64,000 nucleotides of DNA, taken from the NCBI GenBank assembly GCA_963703315.1, contig OY969811.1:2368001-2432000 (forward strand), in the 5' to 3' direction. Numbering within the stretch: the first letter of the stretch is position 1; every line of letters starts with the position of its first letter. The DNA is from an uncultured cyanobacterium (GTDB lineage Bacteria > Cyanobacteriota > Cyanobacteriia > Pseudanabaenales > Pseudanabaenaceae). Positions 50,117 through 59,567 of the stretch are shown here, in pieces. Made by a program: the position numbers and the translations under genes. The notes under the pieces were generated by a model. It was not told the origin of the DNA and made no database searches. It saw only the letters and a program-made list of their open reading frames with translations.

Positions 50117-51286
50117 ATGCATATTGCATGGTTAGGTAAGAGATCCCCTGCTTGTGGCAACGTGACCTATAGTCGCGAAATTACGAATGCATTACTCGAT
50201 CGCGGACATCGTGTGAGCTTTATGCATTTTGCGCCTGAGTCAGATAGTGATCACCCCGATCATGAGGAATTGGAAGAACATTCTCAAGAAGCGCAGGATG
50301 TGGCTCTACCATTTCTGTATAAATCCACTATTTATACGGTTCCATCTCTACGAGCCAATAAAATTTTGGTCGATTCTTTGCGATCGCTCAAGCCAGATCT
50401 AGTTCATGCCTCCCTTGCCATATCGCCCCTTGATTTCCGTTTACCAGAAATTTGTGCCGAGCTAGATTTGCCCCTTGTTGCTACCTTTCACCAGCCTTTT
50501 GACGTTAAACGGCGTAATCTTGCCTCTAGCACCCAGCAACTTACTTATCAGATTTATGCGCCATCTCTAGCTGATTACAACCAAGTTATTATCTTTTCCA
50601 ATATTCAAAAGGAACTGCTCAATAAGTTAGGTGTTCCCAATACTCGAATTGCAATTATTCCCAATGGTGTCGATAGCGATCGCTATTCCCCCGGTTATTC
50701 AAACATTAAGGAAGAACTCAAGGCTGATGTGCTATTTCTCTATCAAGGACGACTAGCTGCCGAGAAAAATGTTGAGGCTCTACTCAAGGCATGGCGCAAA
50801 TGTCGGATGCCAGAGCGTTGCAAATTAGCGATCGTGGGAACGGGACCACTCTTAGCAGGTTTAAAAACTTTTTATGGTAATGACCCCACCATTGTGTGGA
50901 TGGGGTATATTGCCGATGAACAGCGCCGTATTGAGATTTTGCGCGGTACAGATGTGTTTATCTTGCCTTCGCTAGTGGAAGGTTTATCTTTATCTTTGTT
51001 AGAAGCGATGTCCTGTGGTGTTGCTTGTATTGCCACTGATGTCGGTGCAGATGGTGAGGTGATTGAAAATGGCGCAGGGATCGTTCTCGATTCCCATAAG
51101 GTAACGTCTCAACTTTCTACACTTTTGCCGCTATTTGTCGATCATCCTGAACTCGCCAAAATCATCGGCATCAAGGCAAGACAGAGAGTTTTAGATCGCT
51201 ATACGCTAGTTAAAAATATTGATCAATTAGAAGCACTCTACGAGCAAACCATGAGTCAGCAATGGGTTCGCGTCAGTGCATTCTAA
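50117..51286 (+). CDS. Glycosyltransferase family 4 (GT-B)
   Basis: IIPNGVD, GRLAAEKNV, DVFILPSLVEGLSLSLLEAMSCG, ATDVG. Confidence 0.92.
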   Translation: MHIAWLGKRSPACGNVTYSREITNALLDRGHRVSFMHFAPESDSDHPDHEELEEHSQEAQDVALPFLYKSTIYTVPSLRANKILVDSLRSLKPDLVHASLAISPLDFRLPEICAELDLPLVATFHQPFDVKRRNLASSTQQLTYQIYAPSLADYNQVIIFSNIQKELLNKLGVPNTRIAIIPNGVDSDRYSPGYSNIKEELKADVLFLYQGRLAAEKNVEALLKAWRKCRMPERCKLAIVGTGPLLAGLKTFYGNDPTIVWMGYIADEQRRIEILRGTDVFILPSLVEGLSLSLLEAMSCGVACIATDVGADGEVIENGAGIVLDSHKVTSQLSTLLPLFVDHPELAKIIGIKARQRVLDRYTLVKNIDQLEALYEQTMSQQWVRVSAF

Positions 51287-51358
51287 AAAAGGGAGGGAGC
51301 GCAGAGCGCTCCCTCCCTTTTTTATAAAAAGAATGCGGCGCTCTGCATCGCATTCTTT

Positions 51359-51928
51359 TTATTTCAGGTCTGGAGGAAGTAGTACGGTATCGATAACGTG
51401 AATGACACCATTGCTAGCTTTTACATCGGCGGCAGCAACTTTAGAGTTGTTGATCGTGACGCTATTACCTTTTTTGGTAACTGTAATCGAACCACCTTCG
51501 ACAGTCTTAACTGGGGCAGAACCAGTTTTAATGTCTTTAGCCAAAACTGCACTTGGCACAACATGGTAGGTCAAAATTTTCACTAAAACAGCTTTATTTT
51601 CTGGCTTTAGGAGCTTTTCTACAGTTCCTTTAGGCAACTTGGCGAATGCAGCATCAGTTGGGGCAAATACGGTGAAGGGGCCTTTACCAGAAAGGGTATC
51701 TACGAGTCCCGCAGCCTTAACAGCAGCAACTAAGGTTTTGAAAGATCCATTAGCAACAGCGACTTCAACAATATTTGACTTTTGGCTAGTGCTAACTTTA
51801 GTTGGTTTTGTGGAAGTAGAAGGGTAAGACTCACCAGCTAAAACTGGAAGACTGACGAGAAGACTTGCCACAGCGATCGCCACACTGACAGTCTTAATTA
51901 AAAATTTGCTTGATGTGTTTGCTTTCAC
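51359..51928 (-). CDS. Secreted fasciclin (FAS1) domain protein
   Basis: Signal peptide; [46 protein letters not shown]. Confidence 0.95.
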   Translation of the reverse strand: MKANTSSKFLIKTVSVAIAVASLLVSLPVLAGESYPSTSTKPTKVSTSQKSNIVEVAVANGSFKTLVAAVKAAGLVDTLSGKGPFTVFAPTDAAFAKLPKGTVEKLLKPENKAVLVKILTYHVVPSAVLAKDIKTGSAPVKTVEGGSITVTKKGNSVTINNSKVAAADVKASNGVIHVIDTVLLPPDLK

Positions 51929-52036
51929 GAGAGCATCCTTAAAGTTTTAATAAGTTTTGTTGCCTATACTTAATAATACGTTAGGGATCTGAGATTGTCG
52001 GTATTCTGCAATGCCAAAACCTCAAACAAGTTAGTA

Positions 52037-52079
52037 ATACCAAGACTAAAAATGGCGTAGCTATTTTTAGTCTTGGTAT
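52037..52079. repeat. Family B derivative: near-perfect whole palindrome
   Basis: ATACCAAGACTAAAAATGGC-GTA-GCTATTTTTAGTCTTGGTAT. Confidence 0.7.
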
Positions 52080-52191
52080 AGCTATAGTCAGTTATGTTAG
52101 GACAAAACCAAAACCCAAAAGAGAAGTGCGGCGCTTTGCGCCGCACTTCTCTTTTGGGTTTTATGTCTTAACTTGCTTGGCTATGGCTATA
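52077..52191. repeat. MITE-like repeat family A, copy 3 (opposite orientation, TATAGC...GCTATA ends)
   Basis: TATAGCTATAGTCAGTTATGTTAGGACAAAACC-AAAACCCAAAAGAGAAGTGCGGCGC-TTT-GCGCCGCACTTCTCTTTTGGGTTTT-ATGTCTTAACTTGCTTGGCTATGGCTATA. Confidence 0.78.
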
Positions 52192-52575
52192 TTACAGGGG
52201 TGGGATACGCGCAATGACACCACTTTTTAGAGGTTCAGGTCTTTCCTTCCAAGCCAGCATTCCATTGGAGCGATCGCCATATATTTCTGCACAAGCCAAG
52301 ATTGCTGATGCAGTGATGGGAATATTGGCGGCATCGCTGGGCAAATCACCAAAGAGGTATGAGTATTTACCTGCACAGGCAAACGTTACCACACAAGCAT
52401 GGCTACAGGCACTCATGCATGAGACTTCACGAATTTCAAACTGCGATCGCCTGTCCCAACTTTGGTGTAATTTAGCAAGGTGATCAAGCAGTATTTCACC
52501 ACCACTAACACCTACTTTTTTGCCATCTTGCCAAGTGCTAGCACAGGTAGTACAAACTAATAAACTATGGGTCAT
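52192..52575 (-). CDS. DUF1636 family metal-binding protein
   Basis: LLVCTTC, V.CMSACSHAC, KYSYLFGDL, WKERPEPLKSGVIARIPP. Confidence 0.88.
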   Translation of the reverse strand: MTHSLLVCTTCASTWQDGKKVGVSGGEILLDHLAKLHQSWDRRSQFEIREVSCMSACSHACVVTFACAGKYSYLFGDLPSDAANIPITASAILACAEIYGDRSNGMLAWKERPEPLKSGVIARIPPL

Positions 52576-52587
52576 CCTTATCTCAAT

Positions 52588-52869
52588 TTAATATTTGTCA
52601 CCACTAGGTGAAGAATTGTAGAGAGCATCAAGTCTGGAACGTGCATCATCGACATTAATTGATTTGATGACCATCAATGGCTCATCGATATATTTGCCGT
52701 CTTTATCCCACAATTCAGGATGGGCAAACTGGGGAGACACCCGACGATTGCGGTTAGTTTGATAGCTACGTGCATCATTTTGAGAAAGCGATATCATGCT
52801 ACGGATGAGATTGCTAATTGCAAAAATTGAGAGGATCGTAAAAGCGAGTATGTAAAGAATCTGTACCAT
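52588..52869 (-). CDS. DUF2973 family protein
   Basis: LYILAFTILSIFAISNLIRS, HPEL.D..G....EPL.V, DDARSRLDALYNSSP. Confidence 0.85.
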   Translation of the reverse strand: MVQILYILAFTILSIFAISNLIRSMISLSQNDARSYQTNRNRRVSPQFAHPELWDKDGKYIDEPLMVIKSINVDDARSRLDALYNSSPSGDKY

Positions 52870-53070
52870 GTCTGCTTTCCTAAAAAATTTTATATAAACT
52901 AAACGGGTTATAAGGTGAATGAACTAAAGGGGTTGTGATTAGAAGTTTTGAAAATGTTGGAAGTTGACACTTGGATCAAGTCTTATCCACTAAATCTACA
53001 TTTTCAAATTTTTATAGTGAAATTTTTATAGTGATAGTGAAGGGAGAGCCTAAAATCTCAAATCAAAAAA

Positions 53071-53388
53071 TTAAGTTGTTTGATTACGATAGTAGCGCAT
53101 TCCCACAGCTTGACACTCTAAAAGTAGTTGGTGCCAAGGTCTCATTGTTGCCATATCTACGCCAACCTGATGTCCTGTCGCCTGAAACATAGAAATTGCT
53201 ACATTTACTTCTTTGAGAGCATTTTCAACTCGTGCTAGTAAACTTTGTTGATCTGCTTCCGTTAAGAAGCTTATTTGTTCCTTAGAGAGAAGTTTTTGAG
53301 AGCGATCAAACCAATATGTAAAGTCTTCTAGTAATGGCTCTAGGAGTTGTCTGAGCATTGCAGGATCAGGGCTGGAGGTATTACTCAT
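53071..53388 (-). CDS. DUF2605 family protein
   Basis: LLEPLLEDFTYWFDRS..LL, ATGHQVGVD....PWHQLL.EC. Confidence 0.85.
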   Translation of the reverse strand: MSNTSSPDPAMLRQLLEPLLEDFTYWFDRSQKLLSKEQISFLTEADQQSLLARVENALKEVNVAISMFQATGHQVGVDMATMRPWHQLLLECQAVGMRYYRNQTT

Positions 53389-53501
53389 GGGGCAGATCTT
53401 AAGCGACAATTTTAGCGCTAGGTATAGTTTGGTAAAAACAACATTTTTAATTAAGAGTGATTATAGCATTTTGTTACTTTTCTTAACATTAAACAAATCT
53501 T

Positions 53502-54323
53502 ATGAATTTTGATCTAAATGCCGATACCTCGGCAAATTTAATTGCGTTACAACATTTAATCGAGGTGGTGGCAAAGCTACGATCGCCCGATGGTGGTTGT
53601 CCTTGGGATTTGGAGCAAACCCCTCAAAGTTTGATCCCATATATCATTGAGGAAGCCTATGAGGTGGTGGACGCAATTCAAAGCGGGGATAGCAAAGCGA
53701 TCGCTGAGGAATTAGGCGATCTCTTGATGCAAGTGGTTTTACAGTCACAAATTGCCAACGAGACTAATCAATTTGCGATCGCCGAAGTTGCAGAAGGGAT
53801 TGCCCAAAAGTTAATTCGTCGTCATCCCCATGTATTTGGTGATGTGAAGACCGAGAATATGGAGGAAATTCATCAAAACTGGGAAAAAATTAAAGCCGAG
53901 GAAAAAGGTGAAGATTTAGCGACAACTCAAAAATTGAGCTATAAACTTAAACGCTATGCGCGATCGCTACCGCCCTTAACCGCAGGTATGAAAATCTCTC
54001 AAAAAGCGGCGGCAAGTGGTTTTGAGTGGGACAATGCCGATGGAGTCTGGGCAAAATTTCATGAGGAATTGGATGAGTTGCGTCATGCTCTCGAGCATGA
54101 GTCTAAGGAAAACCAACAAGCTGAGTTAGGAGATTTGCTATTTACATTGATCAATGTGGCGCGTTGGTACGATCTCGATCCATCGGAGGCATTGCAGTCC
54201 ACTAATCGGAAATTTATTCAGCGATTAGAAACCATTGAAACTTTAAGCGATCGCCCAATCAACAGCTTTACGACTGAAGAATTAGACAATCTGTGGAAAC
54301 AAGCAAAGGAAAAACTCAAATAA
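53502..54323 (+). CDS. mazG: Nucleoside triphosphate pyrophosphohydrolase MazG
   Basis: LRSPDGGCPWD.EQT, EEAYEV, EELGDLL, KLIRRHPHVF, ELGDLLF. Confidence 0.95.
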   Translation: MNFDLNADTSANLIALQHLIEVVAKLRSPDGGCPWDLEQTPQSLIPYIIEEAYEVVDAIQSGDSKAIAEELGDLLMQVVLQSQIANETNQFAIAEVAEGIAQKLIRRHPHVFGDVKTENMEEIHQNWEKIKAEEKGEDLATTQKLSYKLKRYARSLPPLTAGMKISQKAAASGFEWDNADGVWAKFHEELDELRHALEHESKENQQAELGDLLFTLINVARWYDLDPSEALQSTNRKFIQRLETIETLSDRPINSFTTEELDNLWKQAKEKLK

Positions 54324-54356
54324 AAAAAGAGCGCTAGGCGCTCTTTTTTATTTTTA

Positions 54357-54437
54357 TGCGGTCAGAGAGACTCGAACTCTCACAGCTTTCGCCACCACCA
54401 CCTCAAGATGGCGTGTCTACCATTCCACCATGACCGC
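54357..54437 (-). tRNA. tRNA-Leu (GAG)
   Basis: Reverse complement GCGGTCATGGTGGAATGGTAGACACGCCATCTT-GAG-GTGGTGGTGGCGAAAGCTGTGAGAGTTCGAGTCTCTCTGACCGCA with long variable arm. Confidence 0.95.
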
Positions 54438-54591
54438 AATTGCTTTTTTAGTGCTTAACTATATTACAGCAATTGTGCAAACGTGCAATATTTTTTCAGC
54501 GATTAAAATCTAGAAAAGAAATTCGCTAGACTTTATATTGCTGCCAAAGCTCTCCAACTCATAACTGAACAAATCAACACTGCAAACTTCC

Positions 54592-55512
54592 ATGTCTGAA
54601 TCATCTTTAAGTGCTATCCAACAGCAACAGAGCCAAAAGCGATCGCCTAGAAAGTGGATACGTCCTGTTGCGATTACAGGAATAGCGATCGCCAGTTTTT
54701 ACGGTTCAGTTTGTGCAGGACTATGGTTTGGACAAACAAGACTGGTATTTTCTCCTGAGAAGGAAATCACCACCACACCTGCAAAATTTAATGCTAAGTA
54801 CGAGGATGTCTTAATTCCTGTAAAAAAAGATGATGGCACGAGCGAAAATATTCATGGTTGGTGGTTGCCGAATGCCAAACAGGAAGCGAAAAATGATTTG
54901 GGCGATCGCAAAGTGATCTTGTATTTACATGGCAAGGGCAAAAATATTAGCGCCAATGCGAAACACGCTAATCGCTTGATGCGAATGGGGTTTTCGGTCT
55001 TATTAATTGATTATCGTGGCTATGGCAGAAGTGAGGGAGGCTTCCCAAATGAATCATCTGTTTATACCGATGCTCAAACTGCTTGGGACTATTTGATTCA
55101 AAAAGGATTTAAGCCTAGTCAAATTTTAATTTATGGTCATTCATTAGGTGGGGCGATCGCGATCGATCTAGCAGTAAAACATCCAGATGCATTAGGAATG
55201 ATTGTCGATGCATCCTTTACGTCTATGAGCGATATGGCTCAACTAGATCCTAAATATCGAGTATTTCCCATTGATTTGTTAATTCATCAAAGATTTGATT
55301 CGTTAAGTAAAGTGCGATCGCTAGCGATTCCAGTTTTGTATATTCACGGCACTGCTGATGAATTAATCCCTGCGGCAATGGCTCAGCGCTTGTATGAAGC
55401 CACACCAACCAAAAAGCAAATTGTGCTTATTCCCAACGGTGGACATAACAATAATGCAGCAACTAACGAGCCGCTATATTTAAACTCTATTAGCAGTTTC
55501 TTTAATTTATAG
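54592..55512 (+). CDS. Alpha/beta hydrolase (ABHD13/BEM46-like)
   Basis: N-terminal TM, ILYLHG, IDYRGYGRSEG, GHSLGG nucleophile elbow, IHGTADE, GGHN. Confidence 0.9.
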   Translation: MSESSLSAIQQQQSQKRSPRKWIRPVAITGIAIASFYGSVCAGLWFGQTRLVFSPEKEITTTPAKFNAKYEDVLIPVKKDDGTSENIHGWWLPNAKQEAKNDLGDRKVILYLHGKGKNISANAKHANRLMRMGFSVLLIDYRGYGRSEGGFPNESSVYTDAQTAWDYLIQKGFKPSQILIYGHSLGGAIAIDLAVKHPDALGMIVDASFTSMSDMAQLDPKYRVFPIDLLIHQRFDSLSKVRSLAIPVLYIHGTADELIPAAMAQRLYEATPTKKQIVLIPNGGHNNNAATNEPLYLNSISSFFNL

Positions 55513-55604
55513 CTGTCGCCAGTCTAAAACCCATAAGACGAGTTGCGGCGCGAAGCGCCGCAACTTGTCTATTAAAAAGGGAGGCGCAAAGCGCCTCCCT
55601 TTTC

Positions 55605-56219
55605 TTATGCACCAGCTAGAGCATTAACTAATACATAAATGCCACCGAGAATGATGCCTCCTCCTGCAAGACGCACCAATCGATCTTTTAGGAGTTGATT
55701 CATTAACATCGCAATACCAACACCTGATAGATGTAATGCGGCAGTTGCCACCATAAATCCTGCGGCATATTCTAAAGCGGCAGCATTTCGGGGCATTTCT
55801 TCACCATGAGCATAACCATGAAATATTGCCAACAATCCCACAATGCTCATACTTGCCGCTAAAGGTAAACGGGTTGCCATCAGTACCAATCCACCCAATA
55901 GCAAATCAGAAGCAATAATTCCCTGTTCGACAAAAGGAATAGGTACGCCATTAATACCGAAAAGTCCACCCAAAGCCATGACGCTCACAAAAGTGAGAGG
56001 CACTGACCACACTGCATGACCACCTAATTGGGCAGCCCAAAGCCCTACTGCTAGCATTGCCAAAATATGATCTAAGCCACCCATAGGATGCTCTAGACCA
56101 TGTAAAAAGCCTACTGTTTCTCCATGACCGACATGGGCTTGCGCGATCGCTGGTAATGAAATCGCCAAGGCAAAAGTACCAATTGATAGCAAGAACCGCT
56201 TTACGAAATTACTGGACAT
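55605..56219 (-). CDS. HupE/UreJ family Ni/Co transporter
   Basis: AQAHVGHG, GLEHPMGGLDHILAMLAVGLWA, FHGYAHG.E, ATAALH. Confidence 0.93.
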   Translation of the reverse strand: MSSNFVKRFLLSIGTFALAISLPAIAQAHVGHGETVGFLHGLEHPMGGLDHILAMLAVGLWAAQLGGHAVWSVPLTFVSVMALGGLFGINGVPIPFVEQGIIASDLLLGGLVLMATRLPLAASMSIVGLLAIFHGYAHGEEMPRNAAALEYAAGFMVATAALHLSGVGIAMLMNQLLKDRLVRLAGGGIILGGIYVLVNALAGA

Positions 56220-56296
56220 TTATTTGTCTCTCTAAGATAAGGGTATTCACTAAGTTTATCGTTAGTCCAGAAAACACTTTATCCCAGTATTAATTG

Positions 56297-56938
56297 TTAC
56301 AAGATACTTTGGCTAAGCTGAAAAATTGTGTCAGTCATGAGATTTAGCTCAGGAAAGATATCTGATTCAATACGTTTCCCTGAAGTATAAAGAAATAATT
56401 GATATTCTCCCTCGATTAATTTGCAAACTGTCACCGTTGGCTGCTTTGGCTTACCAATATGTCTCACTGCGCCTAAAGCTCGATAGTCCACAATCCAATA
56501 TTCCGCAACTCCCATTGCTTCATACTGCGTTAGCTTGATAGCATAATCGTCGCTCCAGTTAGTACTGACAACTTCAATAACTAAGGGAATAGTTTTACCG
56601 TTTTGAATTACTGAAGCTCTTTGCCAAAGAGGTTCAGTGACAAGTTCACGCCGATCTATCACTACCAGATCAGGTATAAAACCTGTCTCAACCATCTCTG
56701 GCTTTAGTAGACACATTCTGCTAACAAGATAGTGAGGATGTTTACTACGGACTTCTAAAGTTAACTCTTCTGACAAGAAACTACTAGTCAATTCATGATC
56801 ACCAATAGGCATCATCTCTCTGACAACTCCTCTGTATAGCTCATAGCGTTTACCATCTTCGGGATACCAGTCGATAAACTCAGCAAAACTCATGCGATCG
56901 CTGTTAGCCAATGTGCTGTCAATTAATGCTTGGATCAT
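56297..56938 (-). CDS. Uma2 family endonuclease
   Basis: RYEL..G...EM.P, PDLVVID, LVIEVVSTNW.DDY..K..YE..GV.EYWIVD. Confidence 0.92.
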   Translation of the reverse strand: MIQALIDSTLANSDRMSFAEFIDWYPEDGKRYELYRGVVREMMPIGDHELTSSFLSEELTLEVRSKHPHYLVSRMCLLKPEMVETGFIPDLVVIDRRELVTEPLWQRASVIQNGKTIPLVIEVVSTNWSDDYAIKLTQYEAMGVAEYWIVDYRALGAVRHIGKPKQPTVTVCKLIEGEYQLFLYTSGKRIESDIFPELNLMTDTIFQLSQSIL

Positions 56939-56993
56939 CGCTACACCTCTAACTTTTCAGCTTTGATTGTCTTATTATATTTAGCGATCGCCC

Positions 56994-58193
56994 ATGAGTG
57001 TTTCTGGAATGCAACGAAAACGGGTCTTATTTATTAGCAATGGTCATGGTGAAGACCTGAATGCTTGCGAAGTGCTGAAGGCTTTGCGGCGCAAATCAGA
57101 AGTGGAGGCGATCGCTTTGCCAATTGTGGGAGAGGGTAAGGCATATCGTCAGGCAGGAGTGGCGATCGCAACGCCGACAAAAGCACTACCATCAGGGGGC
57201 TTTGGCTATCTGAGTTTGCGAAAACAAATCGCGGATTTTCAATCAGGATTAATCAATCTCACTTGGCAACAAATTCGCGCTGCTAGGGAATGTGGCAAAA
57301 CCTGTGATTTTGTGTTTGCGACTGGGGATGTGGTTCCTGCGATTTTTGCTTACCTAACGGGATTGCCCTATAGCTTATTTTTAGTCGCTTCATCGGGTTT
57401 TTATGAAAATCGCTATGTGCCGCGTTGGGAACAATCCTTAATCATGCGATCGCGGCGATGTCGCCAGATTTTTGCAAAGGATGACTATAGCGCTCAACTG
57501 CTGCAACAGGGCGGCTACCAAAATGTGAGTTGTTTGGGCTATCCGATTATGGATGTTCTCGAACCAACGGGCAAAGATTTGTGTTTGACACCTAATGTAC
57601 CGATGATTGCGTTACTGACAGGTAGCCGTTTACCTGAAGCCGCCGAAAATTTAGTTTTGCAATTACACCTATGTGTGGCGATCGCCCAAGAATTTGCCCC
57701 CGATCCTGTACAGTTTCGGGCGGCGCTTGTGCCTAGTCTGATGCCGTTATTGCCTGAACTGGCGATCCAAGCTGGTTGGCAATATGCTGATGGCAAACTG
57801 TATTATGAAAATTTAGGTGTTAGCGTTCTCTGTTTTAGTGATGCCTTTCCTGATATTTTGCAGCAATGCGATCTCGTAATTGGCATGGCAGGTACAGCCG
57901 TTGAGCAAGCGGTGGGACTAGGAAAACCAATTGTGCAAATTATCGGCAATGGTCCCCAATTTTCCTATCGATTTGCGGAAGCTCAACAAAGGTTACTGGG
58001 TTTATCAGTACAAACTATTGGCAAAGAACCTGCGACAACTGAGATTTTGCTAGAAGCAGCCAGTTGTATCAAACGGACTCTAGGCGATCGCGAATATCTC
58101 CAACGCTGTCAACAAAATGGATTAGAACGACTTGGCACAAAGGGCGCTTCTGAAAGGTTAGCCGATGCGATCGCTCAACAGTTAGCCAAATAA
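56994..58193 (+). CDS. Lipid-A-disaccharide synthase-related protein (cyanobacterial GT-B family)
   Basis: LFISNGHGED, LPIVGEG..Y, LPSGGF, GSRLPEA, GMAGTAVEQAVGLGKP, GPQF..RFAEAQ.RLLG. Confidence 0.85.
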   Translation: MSVSGMQRKRVLFISNGHGEDLNACEVLKALRRKSEVEAIALPIVGEGKAYRQAGVAIATPTKALPSGGFGYLSLRKQIADFQSGLINLTWQQIRAARECGKTCDFVFATGDVVPAIFAYLTGLPYSLFLVASSGFYENRYVPRWEQSLIMRSRRCRQIFAKDDYSAQLLQQGGYQNVSCLGYPIMDVLEPTGKDLCLTPNVPMIALLTGSRLPEAAENLVLQLHLCVAIAQEFAPDPVQFRAALVPSLMPLLPELAIQAGWQYADGKLYYENLGVSVLCFSDAFPDILQQCDLVIGMAGTAVEQAVGLGKPIVQIIGNGPQFSYRFAEAQQRLLGLSVQTIGKEPATTEILLEAASCIKRTLGDREYLQRCQQNGLERLGTKGASERLADAIAQQLAK

Positions 58194-58227
58194 TCCCCAC
58201 GTAGATACTGTCTTGAGTACCAAAAAG

Positions 58228-59214
58228 TCAAGAGGGAATTTGAACAAAATTTGGGTCGAAAGAACGCTGAGACTTGAGAACGCCAAAGACCTGTCGTAAC
58301 AGCTTGTGCATGACAGCCCCAATGACAGACATTTTGGACTTACCCTTAGCCGTAAGGCGAGCGCAGAAAGCAGCAATCGGCAAATTATAACGACGGGCAA
58401 CAATCGCAGGCATAAACAAAGCTTTACGCAAACGCGAATTACCAATTTTAGATAAACGTGGCTTACCATGAATCGAAGAACCAGATGAGAACTCACGGGG
58501 AGTTAAACCCGCAAAAGCTGCCAGTTGATCAGCAGTATCAAAGGCAGAAATATCCCGAATTTCCGCCAGTAATATAGTTGCGGTCAGTTCAGCAATACCA
58601 GGAATAGAAGTCAACAAATCCCGTTGAGATTTCAAATGAGGGTGTTGATCAAAGTGCTGACGGATCAATTTTTTGGTCATCTCAATTTGCTCTTTGAGAA
58701 AATCAATGTGAGCATTAATTGCCTCAACCAAAATTGGATCAGCCGTAGCAAGACGATTCTGCTCTTGCTGCTGCATAGCAGTTAAGCTATCTAAACGATG
58801 CACCAATGCTTGTAGTTGCTCAATTTCTAATGCTGGTGGTGTCCAAAGAGCAGGTTTTAAGGCTGCACAAAATCTAGCAATGACTTTAGCATCAGCACGG
58901 TCAGTCTTTGTACGACTTAACTCACTCTTGCCAAAGGCTTTGGGACGGGATGGATTAACAATACTTACTTTGTATCCTGCCTCTACTAAGAATCTAGCTA
59001 ACCCATTGCCGTAAGTGCTGGTAGCTTCCATACAACTATGCAAGTTTGTCACATTTTGAAGGTTTAGCCATTCTTGTAATTCAGCAAATCCTTCAGGATT
59101 GTTGGCAAATACTTTGCTCTTGATTTTGGCGTTGCCTTGGATTAGAGCAACATCAAATTTGGCTTTGCTGATATCTATTCCTAAAACATCATATACTTCA
59201 TTGTTATTGTTCAT
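58228..59214 (-). CDS. IS110 family DEDD recombinase/transposase
   Basis: GIDISK, CMEATSTY, VNP, KTDRADA (DEDD), SIPGI, AFAGLTP...SSGSS (catalytic Ser region), KIGNSRLRKAL. Confidence 0.96.
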   Translation of the reverse strand: MNNNNEVYDVLGIDISKAKFDVALIQGNAKIKSKVFANNPEGFAELQEWLNLQNVTNLHSCMEATSTYGNGLARFLVEAGYKVSIVNPSRPKAFGKSELSRTKTDRADAKVIARFCAALKPALWTPPALEIEQLQALVHRLDSLTAMQQQEQNRLATADPILVEAINAHIDFLKEQIEMTKKLIRQHFDQHPHLKSQRDLLTSIPGIAELTATILLAEIRDISAFDTADQLAAFAGLTPREFSSGSSIHGKPRLSKIGNSRLRKALFMPAIVARRYNLPIAAFCARLTAKGKSKMSVIGAVMHKLLRQVFGVLKSQRSFDPNFVQIPS

Positions 59215-59253
59215 TGGGGGCAGTCCTCTTGCTAGATTTGTCCATCAAGCAAT

Positions 59254-59410
59254 CAGTGGTATTGAACTATCCTTGTGAATGCAGGTTTACCCGTTGGGCG
59301 ACCTCTGATACTGTCCAGTCTTTACTTGTTTCCACTGTTTAAGCAGAGACGACTCTATCTACAAAACGGGCTTGGTGTCCCTAGGGGCAGATCGAGTTTA
59401 TCTCTGCTTT
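59254..59410 (-). ncRNA. IS110 bridge RNA (target-binding loop plus donor-binding loop)
   Basis: Stem AAGCAGAGA/TCTCTGCTT encloses TCTGCCCCT and TGTAG; stem CAGTGG/CCACTG encloses ACAGTATC and ACAAG; these match the target and donor; RNA ends approximate. Confidence 0.85.
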
Positions 59411-59466
59411 TGCTTTTTCGGATTGTAGTAAAGATTTTATCCTTTACTTTTCCTCCTAGATACAAG

Positions 59467-59535
59467 GGGCAGAGCATTCCTATAGAAATCAACAAAATTT
59501 CAGGCGATTTTGATTTGGGAATGCTCTGCCCTAAC
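59467..59535. repeat. GTAG-type REP doublet disrupted by the IS110 insertion
   Basis: Removing the IS restores CGT-AG-GGGCAGAGCATTCC...GGGAATGCTCTGCCCTAAC. Confidence 0.8.
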
Positions 59536-59567
59536 CTCGCAACGCAGGGACAATTGATCCCTGAAAT

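Larger units (their letters stand above)
58203..59466 (-). mobile_element. IS110-family (IS621-like) insertion sequence, about 1.26 kb, flanked by a duplicated CT core
   Basis: Minus-strand ends: TCTGCCC-CT|TGTAT... (left, core 59466-59465) and ...ACAGTAT-CT|ACGTG (right, core 58204-58203); no TIRs; long 5' non-coding end then recombinase. Confidence 0.92.

Noticed and set aside
49859..54437. tRNA-anchored genomic island between tRNA-Lys and tRNA-Leu
   Set aside because: No integrase or duplicated tRNA 3' end; intervening genes are conserved cyanobacterial genes with normal HIP1 content
56220..56296. Cobalamin riboswitch expected upstream of the hupE/ureJ gene
   Set aside because: Only 77 nt of spacer and no B12-box or GGGAA/GCCACTG motifs seen
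53502..56938. mazG and the Uma2 gene as an anti-phage system
   Set aside because: Tandem-domain housekeeping MazG and a family that is multi-copy in cyanobacteria; not adjacent and no defence context
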